A stretch of 64,000 bases of DNA, taken from the NCBI GenBank assembly GCA_029261035.1, contig JAJDCD010000008.1:34313-98312 (forward strand). The letters run 5' to 3'. Shown here one piece after another: positions 1 to 9,763 of this stretch. Each line of letters opens with the position of its first letter. The first letter of the stretch is position 1. The translations under genes and the position numbers were made by a program. The notes beneath the pieces were generated by a model. That model did not search any database, was not told the DNA's origin, and saw nothing but the letters and a program-made list of their open reading frames with translations. Source of the stretch: Candidatus Omnitrophota bacterium. GTDB lineage: Bacteria > Omnitrophota > Omnitrophia > Omnitrophales > JACROU01.

Positions 1-252
1 CAGCATAAGCTTGCTTTGTTTCTGAAAAAACTTCAGCCTTATCACAAGTCATTTTGACATTTTTATATGTAATTACAACAGTTCCAGTAGCAATAATCTT
101 GCTTTTCTGACGATCATACTCTAACTGATCACCCGAAACCTCAATAGGGGCATCCGTTGGTACTTCTGCCATAACATCTGGGGGAAAACTACATAAACTA
201 ATTGTTAGCACTAACATCAGAAAAGCTTTAAAGAGCTTTCTTGTTAAACGCA
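1..252 (-). CDS. LPS-transport LptD/LptA-like protein, OstA N-terminal domain; 5' portion only, gene continues past window start
   Basis: Reverse translation from ATG at 250-252 gives MRLTRKLFKAFLMLVLTISLCSF...PIEVSGDQLEYDRQKSKIIATGTVVITYKNVKMTCDKAEV. This is a signal peptide plus the OstA_N pattern (PIxIxSDxxExDxxxxxxxxTGNVxxTxxxxxIxADKAxV) of LptA/LptD. The frame is open to position 1. Confidence 0.6.
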
Positions 253-369
253 TTTTAACCTCGTTGATCAAAACAACTTACAAGTTAAAAGAAATAAACC
301 ATACCTAAATCCCGCAGATTTTATCATAATTACCTACAGGAAACCAATTCAAATAAAATAATCGAAAAT

Positions 370-1029
370 TTACGATACAGAAAGGTTTGAGACCTTTTTC
401 CAATCACTTAAAAATTTGTCCAAACCACTTTGAGTCAGAGGATGCTTTACAAGGAGATCCAGCACTTTATAAGGTAAAGTAGCTACATGAGCCCCTATTT
501 TAGCTGCTTGAAGCACATGTATTGGATGTCGAATACTTGCCGCCAATATCTCTGTTGAAAAGCCGTAATTTTCATAAATAATCTTAATATCTTCGATCAG
601 ATCCATCCCATCAGCACCTATATCGTCTATACGTCCTATAAACGGACTAATATAGGAGGCGCCAGCTTTGGCTGCAAGTAACGCCTGATTAGCTGAAAAA
701 CACAAGGTAACATTTGTCTTAATTCCTTCTTCCGAAAAGATTTTAACTGCCTTAAGGCCTTCTTTAATTAAAGGAACTTTAACTACAATATTAGGAGCAA
801 TTTTAGAAAGGCTTCTACCCTCCTCAAGAATATCAGTCATTTCCGTTCCAACAACCTCTGCACTAACAGGGCCTTTTACTTCTTGGCAAATCTCTTTAAG
901 TAATCCTAAAAAATCGGTATTTCCTTCTTTTGAAACAAGAGAAGGATTCGTAGTGACCCCATCCAAAATACCCCAACTATTTGCATCTTTAATCTCATCA
1001 AGATTAGCAGTATCAATAAAAAATTTCAT
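370..1029 (-). CDS. tal: transaldolase / fructose-6-phosphate aldolase family (short TalC/Fsa type)
   Basis: 219 aa with [13 protein letters not shown]...GVTTNPSLV, the canonical short-transaldolase N-terminus and active-site region. Confidence 0.9.
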   Translation of the reverse strand: MKFFIDTANLDEIKDANSWGILDGVTTNPSLVSKEGNTDFLGLLKEICQEVKGPVSAEVVGTEMTDILEEGRSLSKIAPNIVVKVPLIKEGLKAVKIFSEEGIKTNVTLCFSANQALLAAKAGASYISPFIGRIDDIGADGMDLIEDIKIIYENYGFSTEILAASIRHPIHVLQAAKIGAHVATLPYKVLDLLVKHPLTQSGLDKFLSDWKKVSNLSVS

Positions 1030-1123
1030 TCTCTCGGCTCCCTTTCATTAATTTATAAAAAAATAATTTACACCCCTCTAAAAACTTAAGATTTTACTCT
1101 TAAAACGCTAAAAAGGCCAATGA

Positions 1124-2545
1124 TTATACCTCGAACAAAACAACCCTGTTTCGACCTTCTTCTTTCGCCTTATAAAGAGCCTGGTCTGAATGACTTAGAA
1201 GCTTCAACATTAAGTCCTGAGCAACCCCAGGGGCTTCTTTCGAATCCTTAAAGTCTTCAGGATAAGCGCTTACCCCAATACTTACAGTAACCTGTGTATC
1301 CTCATCATAAACATGAAATCTGGTTTTAGCTACTCTGGAGCGAATTCTTTCAGCCACCTCAGCGCCAGCCTCCTTAGAGGTCTCAGGAAGAACAATTGCA
1401 AATTCTTCTCCACCATATCTGGCAATAATATCTACCTTTCGTACCGTTTGCTTAATTAATGCCGAAACCTCTTTTAAAGTCATGTCTCCAACTAAATGAC
1501 CAAATGTATCGTTATAAGTCTTAAAGTGATCAATATCTAACATCAAAACACATAAATTATAGTCATACTTCATAGAACGCTTTAATTCTTCTGAAAAGCG
1601 TTCTAAAAAATGTCTTCTTACAAAAACCTTTGTTAACCCATCAACAATAGAAAGCTCTTTAACGGTTTCATACAATTTAATTTTTTTCACTTGCAAAGCA
1701 AGTTGAGCAGAAACAATTTCATATTTTGGATAATCATCACATTTTGCATTTTCAACGATAAAAGCAGCAATCATTTTTTCTTCAACAAACAAAGGAAAAA
1801 CCCAAAAAGGAAACTCTGTTCTTTCTTGAATAAAAACAAATTCCTGAGATACATCTTCTATAGTGTCCCACCGGATAACATAGGGTTTCTTATCCAAATA
1901 ATCCGCTATCTGAGCTTGCTCACTATTTTCTACTATTTCATCAAAGTATTCATAAATACCTTCAATTCCATTAATTTGATAAAAAGATGAAACTTTAGAA
2001 TCTGAATCCAATAAAACCATTGTTGCTTTTGAAAAAGAAACTTCTTTAAGAACTTTCTTAACAACCACACCCATCAAATCATCATAAGCTAAACACTCAT
2101 TAAACTCCTTTGCAATTTCAAACAATTTAGCTATATCAGAAACCTGACGTTCTAATCTTTTAACACTTTCTTCTTTTGATTCAAACTTTTCTTTCAAAGC
2201 TTGAATTTCACTTGATGAACGGCTCTTTTTTTCATGACTTAATTTTGATTTTGATTTCCAGAAAAAATAATCCAAAAAAGAAAATAGCAATATGACAAAA
2301 ATAAGAGAGAAAAGCCAAATATAATTTTTTTCCGAAGAAAAAGATATCTTAACAACTAAATTAACTCCTAAAAGAAAAAGAGCTAAAAAGAAAGAAATGG
2401 TATCATCCAAGAAATAAAAATAAAGAACAAACACAGCAAGAAGAGTGAAAAGTAGAGGGTAATACATACTAGACTCTCCAGACAAAGCCCCTGAGAGGAG
2501 AAAAAAAACTAAAAATATTGCAAACCCTAAGATTCGTTTGAACAT
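1124..2545 (-). CDS. membrane-anchored diguanylate cyclase (GGDEF, GGEEF active site, RxxD I-site present)
   Basis: N-terminal multi-TM segment. C-terminal LDIDHFKTYNDTFGHLVGD...RKVDIIARYGGEEFAIVLPETS is a GGDEF domain with an RKVD I-site 5 residues upstream of GGEEF. Confidence 0.85.
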   Translation of the reverse strand: MFKRILGFAIFLVFFLLSGALSGESSMYYPLLFTLLAVFVLYFYFLDDTISFFLALFLLGVNLVVKISFSSEKNYIWLFSLIFVILLFSFLDYFFWKSKSKLSHEKKSRSSSEIQALKEKFESKEESVKRLERQVSDIAKLFEIAKEFNECLAYDDLMGVVVKKVLKEVSFSKATMVLLDSDSKVSSFYQINGIEGIYEYFDEIVENSEQAQIADYLDKKPYVIRWDTIEDVSQEFVFIQERTEFPFWVFPLFVEEKMIAAFIVENAKCDDYPKYEIVSAQLALQVKKIKLYETVKELSIVDGLTKVFVRRHFLERFSEELKRSMKYDYNLCVLMLDIDHFKTYNDTFGHLVGDMTLKEVSALIKQTVRKVDIIARYGGEEFAIVLPETSKEAGAEVAERIRSRVAKTRFHVYDEDTQVTVSIGVSAYPEDFKDSKEAPGVAQDLMLKLLSHSDQALYKAKEEGRNRVVLFEV

Positions 2546-3966
2546 ACCTGATTTCGCCCTTGTTTTTTAGCAACATACAATCTTTCATCTGCTACACGTA
2601 TCAATTCTTCCTCTTCAAGAGTATCTTGAGGAAAGGTACTAACCCCTAGCGAGGCTGTTACTTTTGTCATTTCATTTCTTAACATAAATTTTCTTGAATC
2701 AATTTGAGAACGAATAAGCTCCGCCATCTTAACCGCCTGTTCTTTATTCGTATTAGGGAGTAATACAGCAAACTCTTCCCCTCCATAGCGCGCTACCATA
2801 CCATCTTCTTTCACAATCTCCTTTAATGTGTTTGATATTTCTTTCAATACTATATCTCCTGCAGCATGCCCAAAACGATCATTGTAAGTCTTAAAAAAAT
2901 CTAAATCGCACATCAAAAGAGAAAGAGATGATTTACTTAAAAGTGCTCTTTTATGTTCTTCCTTCAAACGTTCTTTAAAATATCGATGGATAAATAATGA
3001 GGTTAATGAATCTCTTATAGCAAGTTCTTCTGTCTGTTGGTACAAAAGAGAGTTAGCCAATGCTGAAGCTGCTAATCCTGATATCAGATCTAGCAATCTA
3101 AGGTCATCTGTAGAAAACACATTTTTATCCTTTGAATTCATCCTCAAAACACCAATCACTCGACCATGAGAAAGCAATGGGGAAATCATCACCCCTTTAA
3201 CATCCTCTAAAGCTTCTTCCTTTACATCAAACCTATAATCACTATCAACATCTGGGACAACAAGGTGCTGTCTATTTTTAACAACCCACCAGTCAAAAAC
3301 ATCTCCTCGTTTCATCTTAGGCTTTTCTCCCTCAATCAAAGATTTAGAAGAAATTAAAGATAACTGAACCCCATCCGAATTTAAAACATACAACAAACAC
3401 ACATCTCCTTTTCGAACAAAGCTCAATGATCGCTCAACAATTACTCTGCCTAAATTCTCAATTTGTAGAGATGTAGCGAAGTCTTCGGCCACACGTCTTA
3501 AATTATAAAAACGACTATAGCGATCAAAATAAGAATTTACAGCTTCTGATTTTTCCTTCAATGCCAATTCAAGCTCATTCTTTCTTTGAATATTCTTTTC
3601 CATCTCAACATCATGAGACAAAAGAATATCTTCTTTTCTCTTATCCCCCCACCAAATTAAAAGAAGAAAAACAAGACATACTAAAGGTATGATAAAGAAC
3701 AGTAAATAGCCTGTCACAGCAGTTTCTAAAATTAGTACTAGAAAAATAAGAAAAATAAGAACAGATGTAGAAATAATACCTAATGTGGTCCCAAAAATAA
3801 TAACAGGAATTAAATATAAAGAGGATAATACAGACAGCAGTATTAAGATATCTTCTTGATTTCTAAGCTCCGGATTCTTTAGATAATAAATGAGAAGATA
3901 GGTAATCAGTAGATAAGAGGCTACAGCAAAGGAAGCCAAGAGCTGTTTTAAACGATGAGAAGGCAT
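2527..3966 (-). CDS. membrane-anchored GAF-GGDEF diguanylate cyclase (GGEEF), paralogue of downstream gene, no RxxD I-site
   Basis: N-terminal TM helices, a central GAF-like segment (RVIGVLRMNSKDKNVFSTDDLRLLDLISGLAA) and CDLDFFKTYNDRFGHAAGD...ARYGGEEFAVLLPNT. It overlaps the next DGC by 19 nt, so they are probably co-transcribed. Confidence 0.85.
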   Translation of the reverse strand: MPSHRLKQLLASFAVASYLLITYLLIYYLKNPELRNQEDILILLSVLSSLYLIPVIIFGTTLGIISTSVLIFLIFLVLILETAVTGYLLFFIIPLVCLVFLLLIWWGDKRKEDILLSHDVEMEKNIQRKNELELALKEKSEAVNSYFDRYSRFYNLRRVAEDFATSLQIENLGRVIVERSLSFVRKGDVCLLYVLNSDGVQLSLISSKSLIEGEKPKMKRGDVFDWWVVKNRQHLVVPDVDSDYRFDVKEEALEDVKGVMISPLLSHGRVIGVLRMNSKDKNVFSTDDLRLLDLISGLAASALANSLLYQQTEELAIRDSLTSLFIHRYFKERLKEEHKRALLSKSSLSLLMCDLDFFKTYNDRFGHAAGDIVLKEISNTLKEIVKEDGMVARYGGEEFAVLLPNTNKEQAVKMAELIRSQIDSRKFMLRNEMTKVTASLGVSTFPQDTLEEEELIRVADERLYVAKKQGRNQVCSNES

Positions 3967-3994
3967 AATTCTTCATAGTTTCGTTTAATAACGA

Positions 3995-5098
3995 TTAGAC
4001 AATAGTTTCTTCAGTTTGGGTGTCAAAAAAGTGTGCTCGCGTCATATCAAAGACAACTTGCAAATCTTGATTTACTTGCGCCGTATCATGAGCATTTACT
4101 CTTGCCACGAAAGAATTAGATCCAGACTTAAGATACAAAAATATCTCCGCCCCCATTGGCTCAACAACATCAACGGTAGCTGTAGAGGTAAACTCCTCTC
4201 TCGCATTCTGGGCAAATAATTTATCATATATATTTTCTGGTCTAATTCCAAAAACAACTTCTTTTCCTTCATAAGCACTTATTTTTTCATAATGCTGATC
4301 AAATAATTTAGTTTTCAATTCCTGATCCTGAAAGTAAAAATCACCATCTTTGCGAATGATTTTTCCATTTAAGAAATTCATAGGTGGCGACCCTATAAAT
4401 CCAGCAACAAACTTATTACACGGATTTTCATATAGCTCAATAGGAGGGGCTACTTGTTGTATCAAACCATCTTTCATAACAACAATTCTATCCCCCATTG
4501 TGAGAGCTTCTACTTGATCATGGGTCACATAGATCATTGTTGTCTGAAGTCGATCATGTAATTTTTGAAGTTCCATTCTCATCTGAACACGTAACTTTGC
4601 ATCTAAATTACTTAAGGGTTCATCAAAAAGAAATACTTTTGGCTTTCTTACAATAGATCTCCCCACAGCGACTCTTTGGCTCTGCCCACCTGATAGTTCT
4701 TTTGGTTTACGATGAAGTAATTTTGAAATCCCTAAAATTTCCGCAGCTTCATTAACTCTTCGTTCGATTTCAATCTTTGGGTATTTTCTCAACTTAAGTC
4801 CAAAAGACATATTATCCGCAACAGACATATGAGGATATAAAGCATAGTTTTGAAACACCATTGCAATATCTCTATTTTTAGCGGGTGTATCATTCACCAA
4901 ATCATCCCCAATAAAGATCTCGCCTTTTGTAATCTCTTCCAGTCCAGCAACCATTCTTAGAGTTGTTGATTTTCCACAACCCGAAGGGCCAACAAAAACT
5001 ATAAACTCTTTGTCTTTTATTTCTAGGTTTACATCATTAACAGCAAGAACGTCTTCACCATAAACTTTAAATAGATTTTTTAAAGAAACATTTGCCAC
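3995..5098 (-). CDS. ABC transporter ATP-binding protein, MalK/UgpC/MsmK type with C-terminal regulatory (TOBE-like) domain
   Basis: Walker A GPSGCGKSTTLRMVAGLE, ABC signature LSGGQSQRVAVGRSIV, Walker B FLFDEPLSNLDAKLR, 367 aa. No permease or binding-protein gene is adjacent in the window. Confidence 0.85.
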   Translation of the reverse strand: MANVSLKNLFKVYGEDVLAVNDVNLEIKDKEFIVFVGPSGCGKSTTLRMVAGLEEITKGEIFIGDDLVNDTPAKNRDIAMVFQNYALYPHMSVADNMSFGLKLRKYPKIEIERRVNEAAEILGISKLLHRKPKELSGGQSQRVAVGRSIVRKPKVFLFDEPLSNLDAKLRVQMRMELQKLHDRLQTTMIYVTHDQVEALTMGDRIVVMKDGLIQQVAPPIELYENPCNKFVAGFIGSPPMNFLNGKIIRKDGDFYFQDQELKTKLFDQHYEKISAYEGKEVVFGIRPENIYDKLFAQNAREEFTSTATVDVVEPMGAEIFLYLKSGSNSFVARVNAHDTAQVNQDLQVVFDMTRAHFFDTQTEETIV

Positions 5099-5119
5099 CG
5101 CGAATCTCCTTCAGTAGTA

Positions 5120-6085
5120 TTAAGCCAAGTATTTAAGAAGCCGAGATAAACAATCCTTCATCTCTTTTCTTGACGAAACAATATCAATTAAACCATGTTC
5201 TAGTAAAAATTCAGATGTTTGAAAATCTTTAGGCAATTTCTGTCTTATCGTTTGTTCAATAACTCTTGGACCCGCAAAACCAATCAACGCCTTAGGCTCA
5301 GCAACAATCAAGTCTCCCAAAGCCGCAAAACTAGCCATAACGCCCCCCATCGTGGGGTTTGTTAAAACGGAAATAAAAGATAACCCAGCCTTATCCAATT
5401 TAGATAAAGCAGCAGAAGTTTTAGCCATCTGCATCAAACTCAAAGCGCCTTCATACATCCTAGCTCCACCCCCGGAACCAGAAACAATAACTAAAGGCAG
5501 TTTTTCTTTAATAGCATATTCTATAATACGCGTTAATTTCTCACCAACTACAGAACCCATTGAGCCCATTATAAATCGTGAATCCGTAACACCAAAAGCT
5601 ATTTTTTTATTGTTTAATTTTCCATGCCCTACAATACAAGCTTCGTCTAAGCCTGTTATTTTTTGACTTTGTTTCAATTTTTCTGTGTAAGATTTACTTC
5701 CTTTAAACTGAAGAGGGTCTTTCGATCTTAGCTTTTCATACAGCTCTGTAAAGGAGCCCTTATCAATAATCTGAGCTAGACGGTCTTTAGCACCGATAAT
5801 AAAATGATAGTCGCATTTATCACAAACCTGCATATTCTCTTCTAATGTCTTATTAAAGAGAACGTTTCCACAATCGGGACACTTAGTCCATAAACCGGAA
5901 GGGAAACTTTTCTTTCTGGCAATATTCGCAGAAACATCTTGTTTGGGAGCTTGTAAGCTCTTTTTAATAGGCGTCTTTCTTTTCGACTTATTTGAAGATT
6001 TTTTAGGTGATTTAGGCATGATTTTCGTATTTTGTTCTAAAGTTAAATTTACAGGTTTTGACTGAGTAATTAAAGTGCTATTCAT
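5120..6085 (-). CDS. accD: acetyl-CoA carboxylase carboxyltransferase beta subunit with lysine-rich N-terminal extension
   Basis: Zinc ribbon CPDCGNVLFNKT...CDKCDYHF and carboxyltransferase core GSMGSVVGEKLTRIIEYA...VIVSGSGGARMYEGALSLMQMAK. Confidence 0.9.
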   Translation of the reverse strand: MNSTLITQSKPVNLTLEQNTKIMPKSPKKSSNKSKRKTPIKKSLQAPKQDVSANIARKKSFPSGLWTKCPDCGNVLFNKTLEENMQVCDKCDYHFIIGAKDRLAQIIDKGSFTELYEKLRSKDPLQFKGSKSYTEKLKQSQKITGLDEACIVGHGKLNNKKIAFGVTDSRFIMGSMGSVVGEKLTRIIEYAIKEKLPLVIVSGSGGGARMYEGALSLMQMAKTSAALSKLDKAGLSFISVLTNPTMGGVMASFAALGDLIVAEPKALIGFAGPRVIEQTIRQKLPKDFQTSEFLLEHGLIDIVSSRKEMKDCLSRLLKYLA

Positions 6086-6248
6086 AAGTCCCTAAGTTAG
6101 TCAGAGCATTATATAAGCGTCCATAATTAAGTCAATTATTTTGAGGTGTAATAATTGATTTTATAGATTATAATTACTTACGGAAGCATATATCATGCCA
6201 ATTCAAAGGTGTAATTTAACATTTTTTTAGTAACTTTGCAGTAAAAAA

Positions 6249-7733
6249 ATGATTTCAAATAATAAGAAAGCGAGTTCAATGGACTTTAACTTATCGCAAA
6301 CTCAATCCCAAAAGCTTATTCTATCTCCTCAAGTTAGGCAATATTTAAAATTCCTACAGCTTCCCATTCAACAATTATCAAATGCTATTGAACAAGAAGT
6401 AACAGAAAATCCTGCTTTAGAAGAAACAACTCTCTTAAATGATGATCTAAATTCAGATGAAGAATTTAACCAGAATCAAGATTCTGAAGAGTCTAATAAG
6501 GATTCTACTTCTGAACTAGACTTTCAAGAAAAATTAGAAACTTTAGATAAATTAGATGAAAATTTAAAAGATTCCTTTTATCCAGATTTATCTAAATCTT
6601 CTTTTAGTAGTAGTAAAGATGAAGATGAAAAAAGAGACTACCAACAATCTTTAATTACTCAAGAAGAAACTCTAATTGATTTTTTAACTTTTCAAATTAA
6701 CACACTAACTATTTCTGATAAAGAACGCGCTCTCGCATTTGAAATTATAGGCTACCTAAATGAAGATGGCTATCTAACAACACCCATTGCTGAAATTGCT
6801 ACAGAAATTAATAATAGTTCTGAGAATATTGAAAAATGTTTGATTCATCTGCAAAACTTTGACCCTCCTGGAGTTTGCGCTCGTAATTTAAAAGAATGTC
6901 TGTTGATTCAGATCAACAGAATGAACACAGACACTCATTTAGCGAAAGTCATTGTTGAAGAATACATTTCTCTCTTAGAAAAAAAAGATTACATTAAATT
7001 ATCTAAAAAAACAAAAGCCTCTATTGGAAAAATAAAAGAAGCCTGTCTTCTTATTCAAAATTTAGAACCAAAACCAGGTCGAAGCTTTTATAAAAACGAA
7101 ACCCTTTCCGTCATTCCAGACGCTAATATATATATAGATTCTGAAACCGACGAACTAGTCATTGAAATGAATGAGGAGAGTTTACCTCAAATAAGAGTCA
7201 ATCATGATTTTAAAAGAATGCTCAAAGACAAGAATCTTGATGAAAAAACTAAAGATTACATTAAAAATAAAGTAAATGCTGCTTTTTGGACCATCAAAGC
7301 CCTTAGCCAACGTCAATCTACTTTAAAACAAATTACACACCAAATAGTAGAATCCCAAAAAGAGTTTTTAGAGAAAGGCTTCTCTGCTTTAAAGCCTCTT
7401 CGACTAAAAGACATAGCTAAGTTAATTGGAGTTCACGAATCAACAGTATCTAGAGCAATACAAGGAAAATACATTCGGACAACTCAAGGAACAATTCCAT
7501 ACAAAAGCTTTTTTTCGACCCGAATGGAAAGTCTAGAAGGGTCAGAATCTCAAAAAAGTGTCTTAGAAAAAATTAAACGTATCGTTCAAAAGGAAAACCC
7601 ATCCAAACCTTTCAGCGACGAGCAATTAGTAGAATTACTTAAAAGCGATGGGATTAAAGTGGCGAGAAGAACTATTGCTAAATATAGAGGGATCCTAAAA
7701 ATACTCCCTTCATACCTTAGAAAACATCATTAA
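6249..7733 (+). CDS. rpoN: RNA polymerase sigma-54 factor
   Basis: Q/L-rich region I (LSQTQSQKLILSPQVRQYLKFLQLP), an acidic region II, an HTH (HESTVSRAI) and the C-terminal RpoN box ARRTIAKYRG. Confidence 0.9.
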   Translation: MISNNKKASSMDFNLSQTQSQKLILSPQVRQYLKFLQLPIQQLSNAIEQEVTENPALEETTLLNDDLNSDEEFNQNQDSEESNKDSTSELDFQEKLETLDKLDENLKDSFYPDLSKSSFSSSKDEDEKRDYQQSLITQEETLIDFLTFQINTLTISDKERALAFEIIGYLNEDGYLTTPIAEIATEINNSSENIEKCLIHLQNFDPPGVCARNLKECLLIQINRMNTDTHLAKVIVEEYISLLEKKDYIKLSKKTKASIGKIKEACLLIQNLEPKPGRSFYKNETLSVIPDANIYIDSETDELVIEMNEESLPQIRVNHDFKRMLKDKNLDEKTKDYIKNKVNAAFWTIKALSQRQSTLKQITHQIVESQKEFLEKGFSALKPLRLKDIAKLIGVHESTVSRAIQGKYIRTTQGTIPYKSFFSTRMESLEGSESQKSVLEKIKRIVQKENPSKPFSDEQLVELLKSDGIKVARRTIAKYRGILKILPSYLRKHH

Positions 7734-9646
7734 TTGCTCGGCTTAAGGAAAACCTTTCCTAATTGATTTCTTCCTTCATCATCAATATCAAAAAATAAGA
7801 TTAATTTGGCCTCAGTACCGTCTTGGTCTTTATCATGTACCGCTAGAGAAAGTTTGAAATTCTTGTTAAGATTAGGGTCTACATTTATTAAATCCCAAGG
7901 GATTCTTGCTTCAACAATGTAACCTTCTTGATTCTTTAGAACAGAAGCTTTAAATCTAGATTTTTCTAACCTACGTATACCATGAGGCCACAACCATGTT
8001 TTAGGCTGGTCTCCAAATTCACTGACAGCGAAGCCAAACTGAAAGTCTTTTTTACTTCCCCACTCAAACCCATTTCCATCGGGATCAATAAAAAGTTCCA
8101 ACAGGTCATCTTTGTGAATATTTTCTTTAGATTCTAATGCAAGCACATTTTGATCCACAACGTCAGCATAGACATATAAAAACTCCCAGTCCCAAGAAAA
8201 TGAATAATTAAGATTAAGATCCTTTTCGTCCGTTATTGTCCCAAATTCAAGATGAGTTTCTTTATCTAAAGAAAACCCGACTACACCTTTCCAGTCAGAA
8301 GCATCACCATCTATTTTCTTTTTACCTCCGTAAGAGATTTCCATTTGAGTAGCACTAAAATCTTGCGCCTCCAACTCAATACTTCCTTCAGAAAAACCAA
8401 TTAAATTTAAAGCTTTTTGGATAAAATTCAGTTGCATAAAATTATTCCAGACAAATTGATCTTTATAGTTCTGTATCATAATTAACATAGGGCCTAAATC
8501 AATAGCTAAAACGTAATCAGACCTCCAGTTTATCTCCAAATTGAAAGAATCTGAAAAACCATACCTTCCCCAGAGTAACTTTTTATAATTCTGATATAGT
8601 TCTTGAGCAAATTCAATAGACAAATCAGGAGTAAAGACAATGGAACTAATAGCTGCAGTAGGAGCAACAGTACCATCATGAAGTGCTTTTCCAGGTCTAG
8701 CGCCATAAGCTTGGTACCCCGAAGGCCCATCAGAAGCTGTTAACCCCCATATTTTAGAAGAGTAAGTTTTGTAACTATTACTTTGCTCTATGCAAAACTC
8801 TCTATTTGCTAAAGTAGCTAATCGTGAATTTTCAAAATAGTCTGCAAAACCATCATTTTTATTTCTAAAATCAATCCAACAATGAGAGTACTGGTGAGTA
8901 AATAGAGGAGGTGATGCAATTAAAGTGTAATCTTTATATGTCCTTACTTTTCTTTTTATTCCCTTCCATACAGATGGATCAACATTCATCGTTGGAGATG
9001 AAATCGCTAAAAAGTATAAAATCATGTTCTCATCGTAATGAGACCACCTTTCTTTCAAGAAGCCACTTCTAGGCTTCCACCCCATAGACAGAGCATTCCC
9101 TGAATTCAACATCCATGAGAAGTCCACACGGCGATAAATTTCATTCGCGATTTCTTCAACTTCAGTTCCTTTAAAATATTCGGAAGAGAATAGAGCCCCT
9201 GCTAAGAATAAAGCGGTATCAATACTTGATAATTCACAATTCCATAGCCTCTTACCTGTTTTCATATCCACAAAATGATAATAAAAACCATGTACATTTT
9301 CCATATCATCTTTAAAAAATTTAAGAGTTTTTAATGTTCTATCATAAGCTTCATTTTTTGTAATCCAGCCATTTTCAACCCCAATAGGGTACGCCGTTAA
9401 AGCAAATCCAACCGCAGCGATACTTGCAACACTAAAGGTTCCAGCCTTAAAGTTATAAGCACGATCAGGAATTAAACCATTTTCAGTGTTAGCTTCATGC
9501 CAAAAATAATTGAATGATTTTTTCTGGATTAAGTTGAGCAACTCATCATTTGATAGTTCTTGAGCATAAGCACAGGGGAGCAAAATGTTAAAAGAGAAGA
9601 GAAGGAAAAAAAATGAGAGAAGTATCCGCTTGCTAATATAATTCAT
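7730..9646 (-). CDS. secreted glycoside-hydrolase-like protein (six-hairpin glucoamylase-like/DUF3131-like N-domain) with C-terminal CBM9-like domain
   Basis: Signal peptide (MNYISKRILLSFFFLLFSFNILLPCAYAQ). N-domain resembles the putative-glucoamylase family (FNYFW...NGLIPD). The C-terminal about 200 aa (DGDASDWKG...LYVYADVVD...IDPDGNG) resembles CBM9/DOMON-like modules. The CDS call is solid; the function is a guess. Confidence 0.45.
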   Translation of the reverse strand: MNYISKRILLSFFFLLFSFNILLPCAYAQELSNDELLNLIQKKSFNYFWHEANTENGLIPDRAYNFKAGTFSVASIAAVGFALTAYPIGVENGWITKNEAYDRTLKTLKFFKDDMENVHGFYYHFVDMKTGKRLWNCELSSIDTALFLAGALFSSEYFKGTEVEEIANEIYRRVDFSWMLNSGNALSMGWKPRSGFLKERWSHYDENMILYFLAISSPTMNVDPSVWKGIKRKVRTYKDYTLIASPPLFTHQYSHCWIDFRNKNDGFADYFENSRLATLANREFCIEQSNSYKTYSSKIWGLTASDGPSGYQAYGARPGKALHDGTVAPTAAISSIVFTPDLSIEFAQELYQNYKKLLWGRYGFSDSFNLEINWRSDYVLAIDLGPMLIMIQNYKDQFVWNNFMQLNFIQKALNLIGFSEGSIELEAQDFSATQMEISYGGKKKIDGDASDWKGVVGFSLDKETHLEFGTITDEKDLNLNYSFSWDWEFLYVYADVVDQNVLALESKENIHKDDLLELFIDPDGNGFEWGSKKDFQFGFAVSEFGDQPKTWLWPHGIRRLEKSRFKASVLKNQEGYIVEARIPWDLINVDPNLNKNFKLSLAVHDKDQDGTEAKLILFFDIDDEGRNQLGKVFLKPSN

Positions 9647-9655
9647 ATATGTATA

Positions 9656-9728
9656 AGCCCACGAGCGGAGTCGAACCGCTGACCTACGCTTTACGAGAGC
9701 GTTGCTCTACCAACTGAGCTACGTGGGC
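9656..9728 (-). tRNA. tRNA-Thr (anticodon CGU)
   Basis: The reverse complement folds as a canonical 73-nt cloverleaf. It has a 7-bp acceptor stem GCCCACG/CGTGGGC, D-arm GCTC-AGTTGGTA-GAGC, anticodon stem ACGCT/AGCGT with loop CTCGTAA (anticodon CGT), and T-arm AGCGG-TTCGACT-CCGCT. CCA is not encoded. Confidence 0.85.
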
Positions 9729-9763
9729 GTAACCCTTCTTATATTATTTTATAAATCCTAAAA

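Noticed and set aside
1691-1990. 99-aa + strand ORF antisense within the first diguanylate cyclase
   Set aside because: It lies fully inside a well-supported minus-strand CDS, and its translation is low-complexity and Phe/Ile-rich with no motif.
4016-4278. Two small ORFs (67 aa + strand, 60 aa - strand) overlapping the ABC ATPase gene
   Set aside because: They overlap a strongly supported CDS (Walker A/B, signature motif) in other frames and have no independent support.
5352-5666. 104-aa + strand ORF inside accD
   Set aside because: Antisense to the conserved AccD carboxyltransferase core; spurious.
8530-8730. 66-aa ORF nested in the GH-like gene, 60-aa ORFs at 12280..12462 and 26001..26183, and the 15257..15586, 17868..18053, 18019..18213, 18737..18940, 21992..22264, 23019..23258, 25533..25739, 52985..53299, 58045..58281, 59057..59248, 59735..59956, 60462..60659 and 62585..62803 ORFs
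   Set aside because: All are embedded in or antisense to longer, motif-supported CDSs. They have no start-context or homology support.
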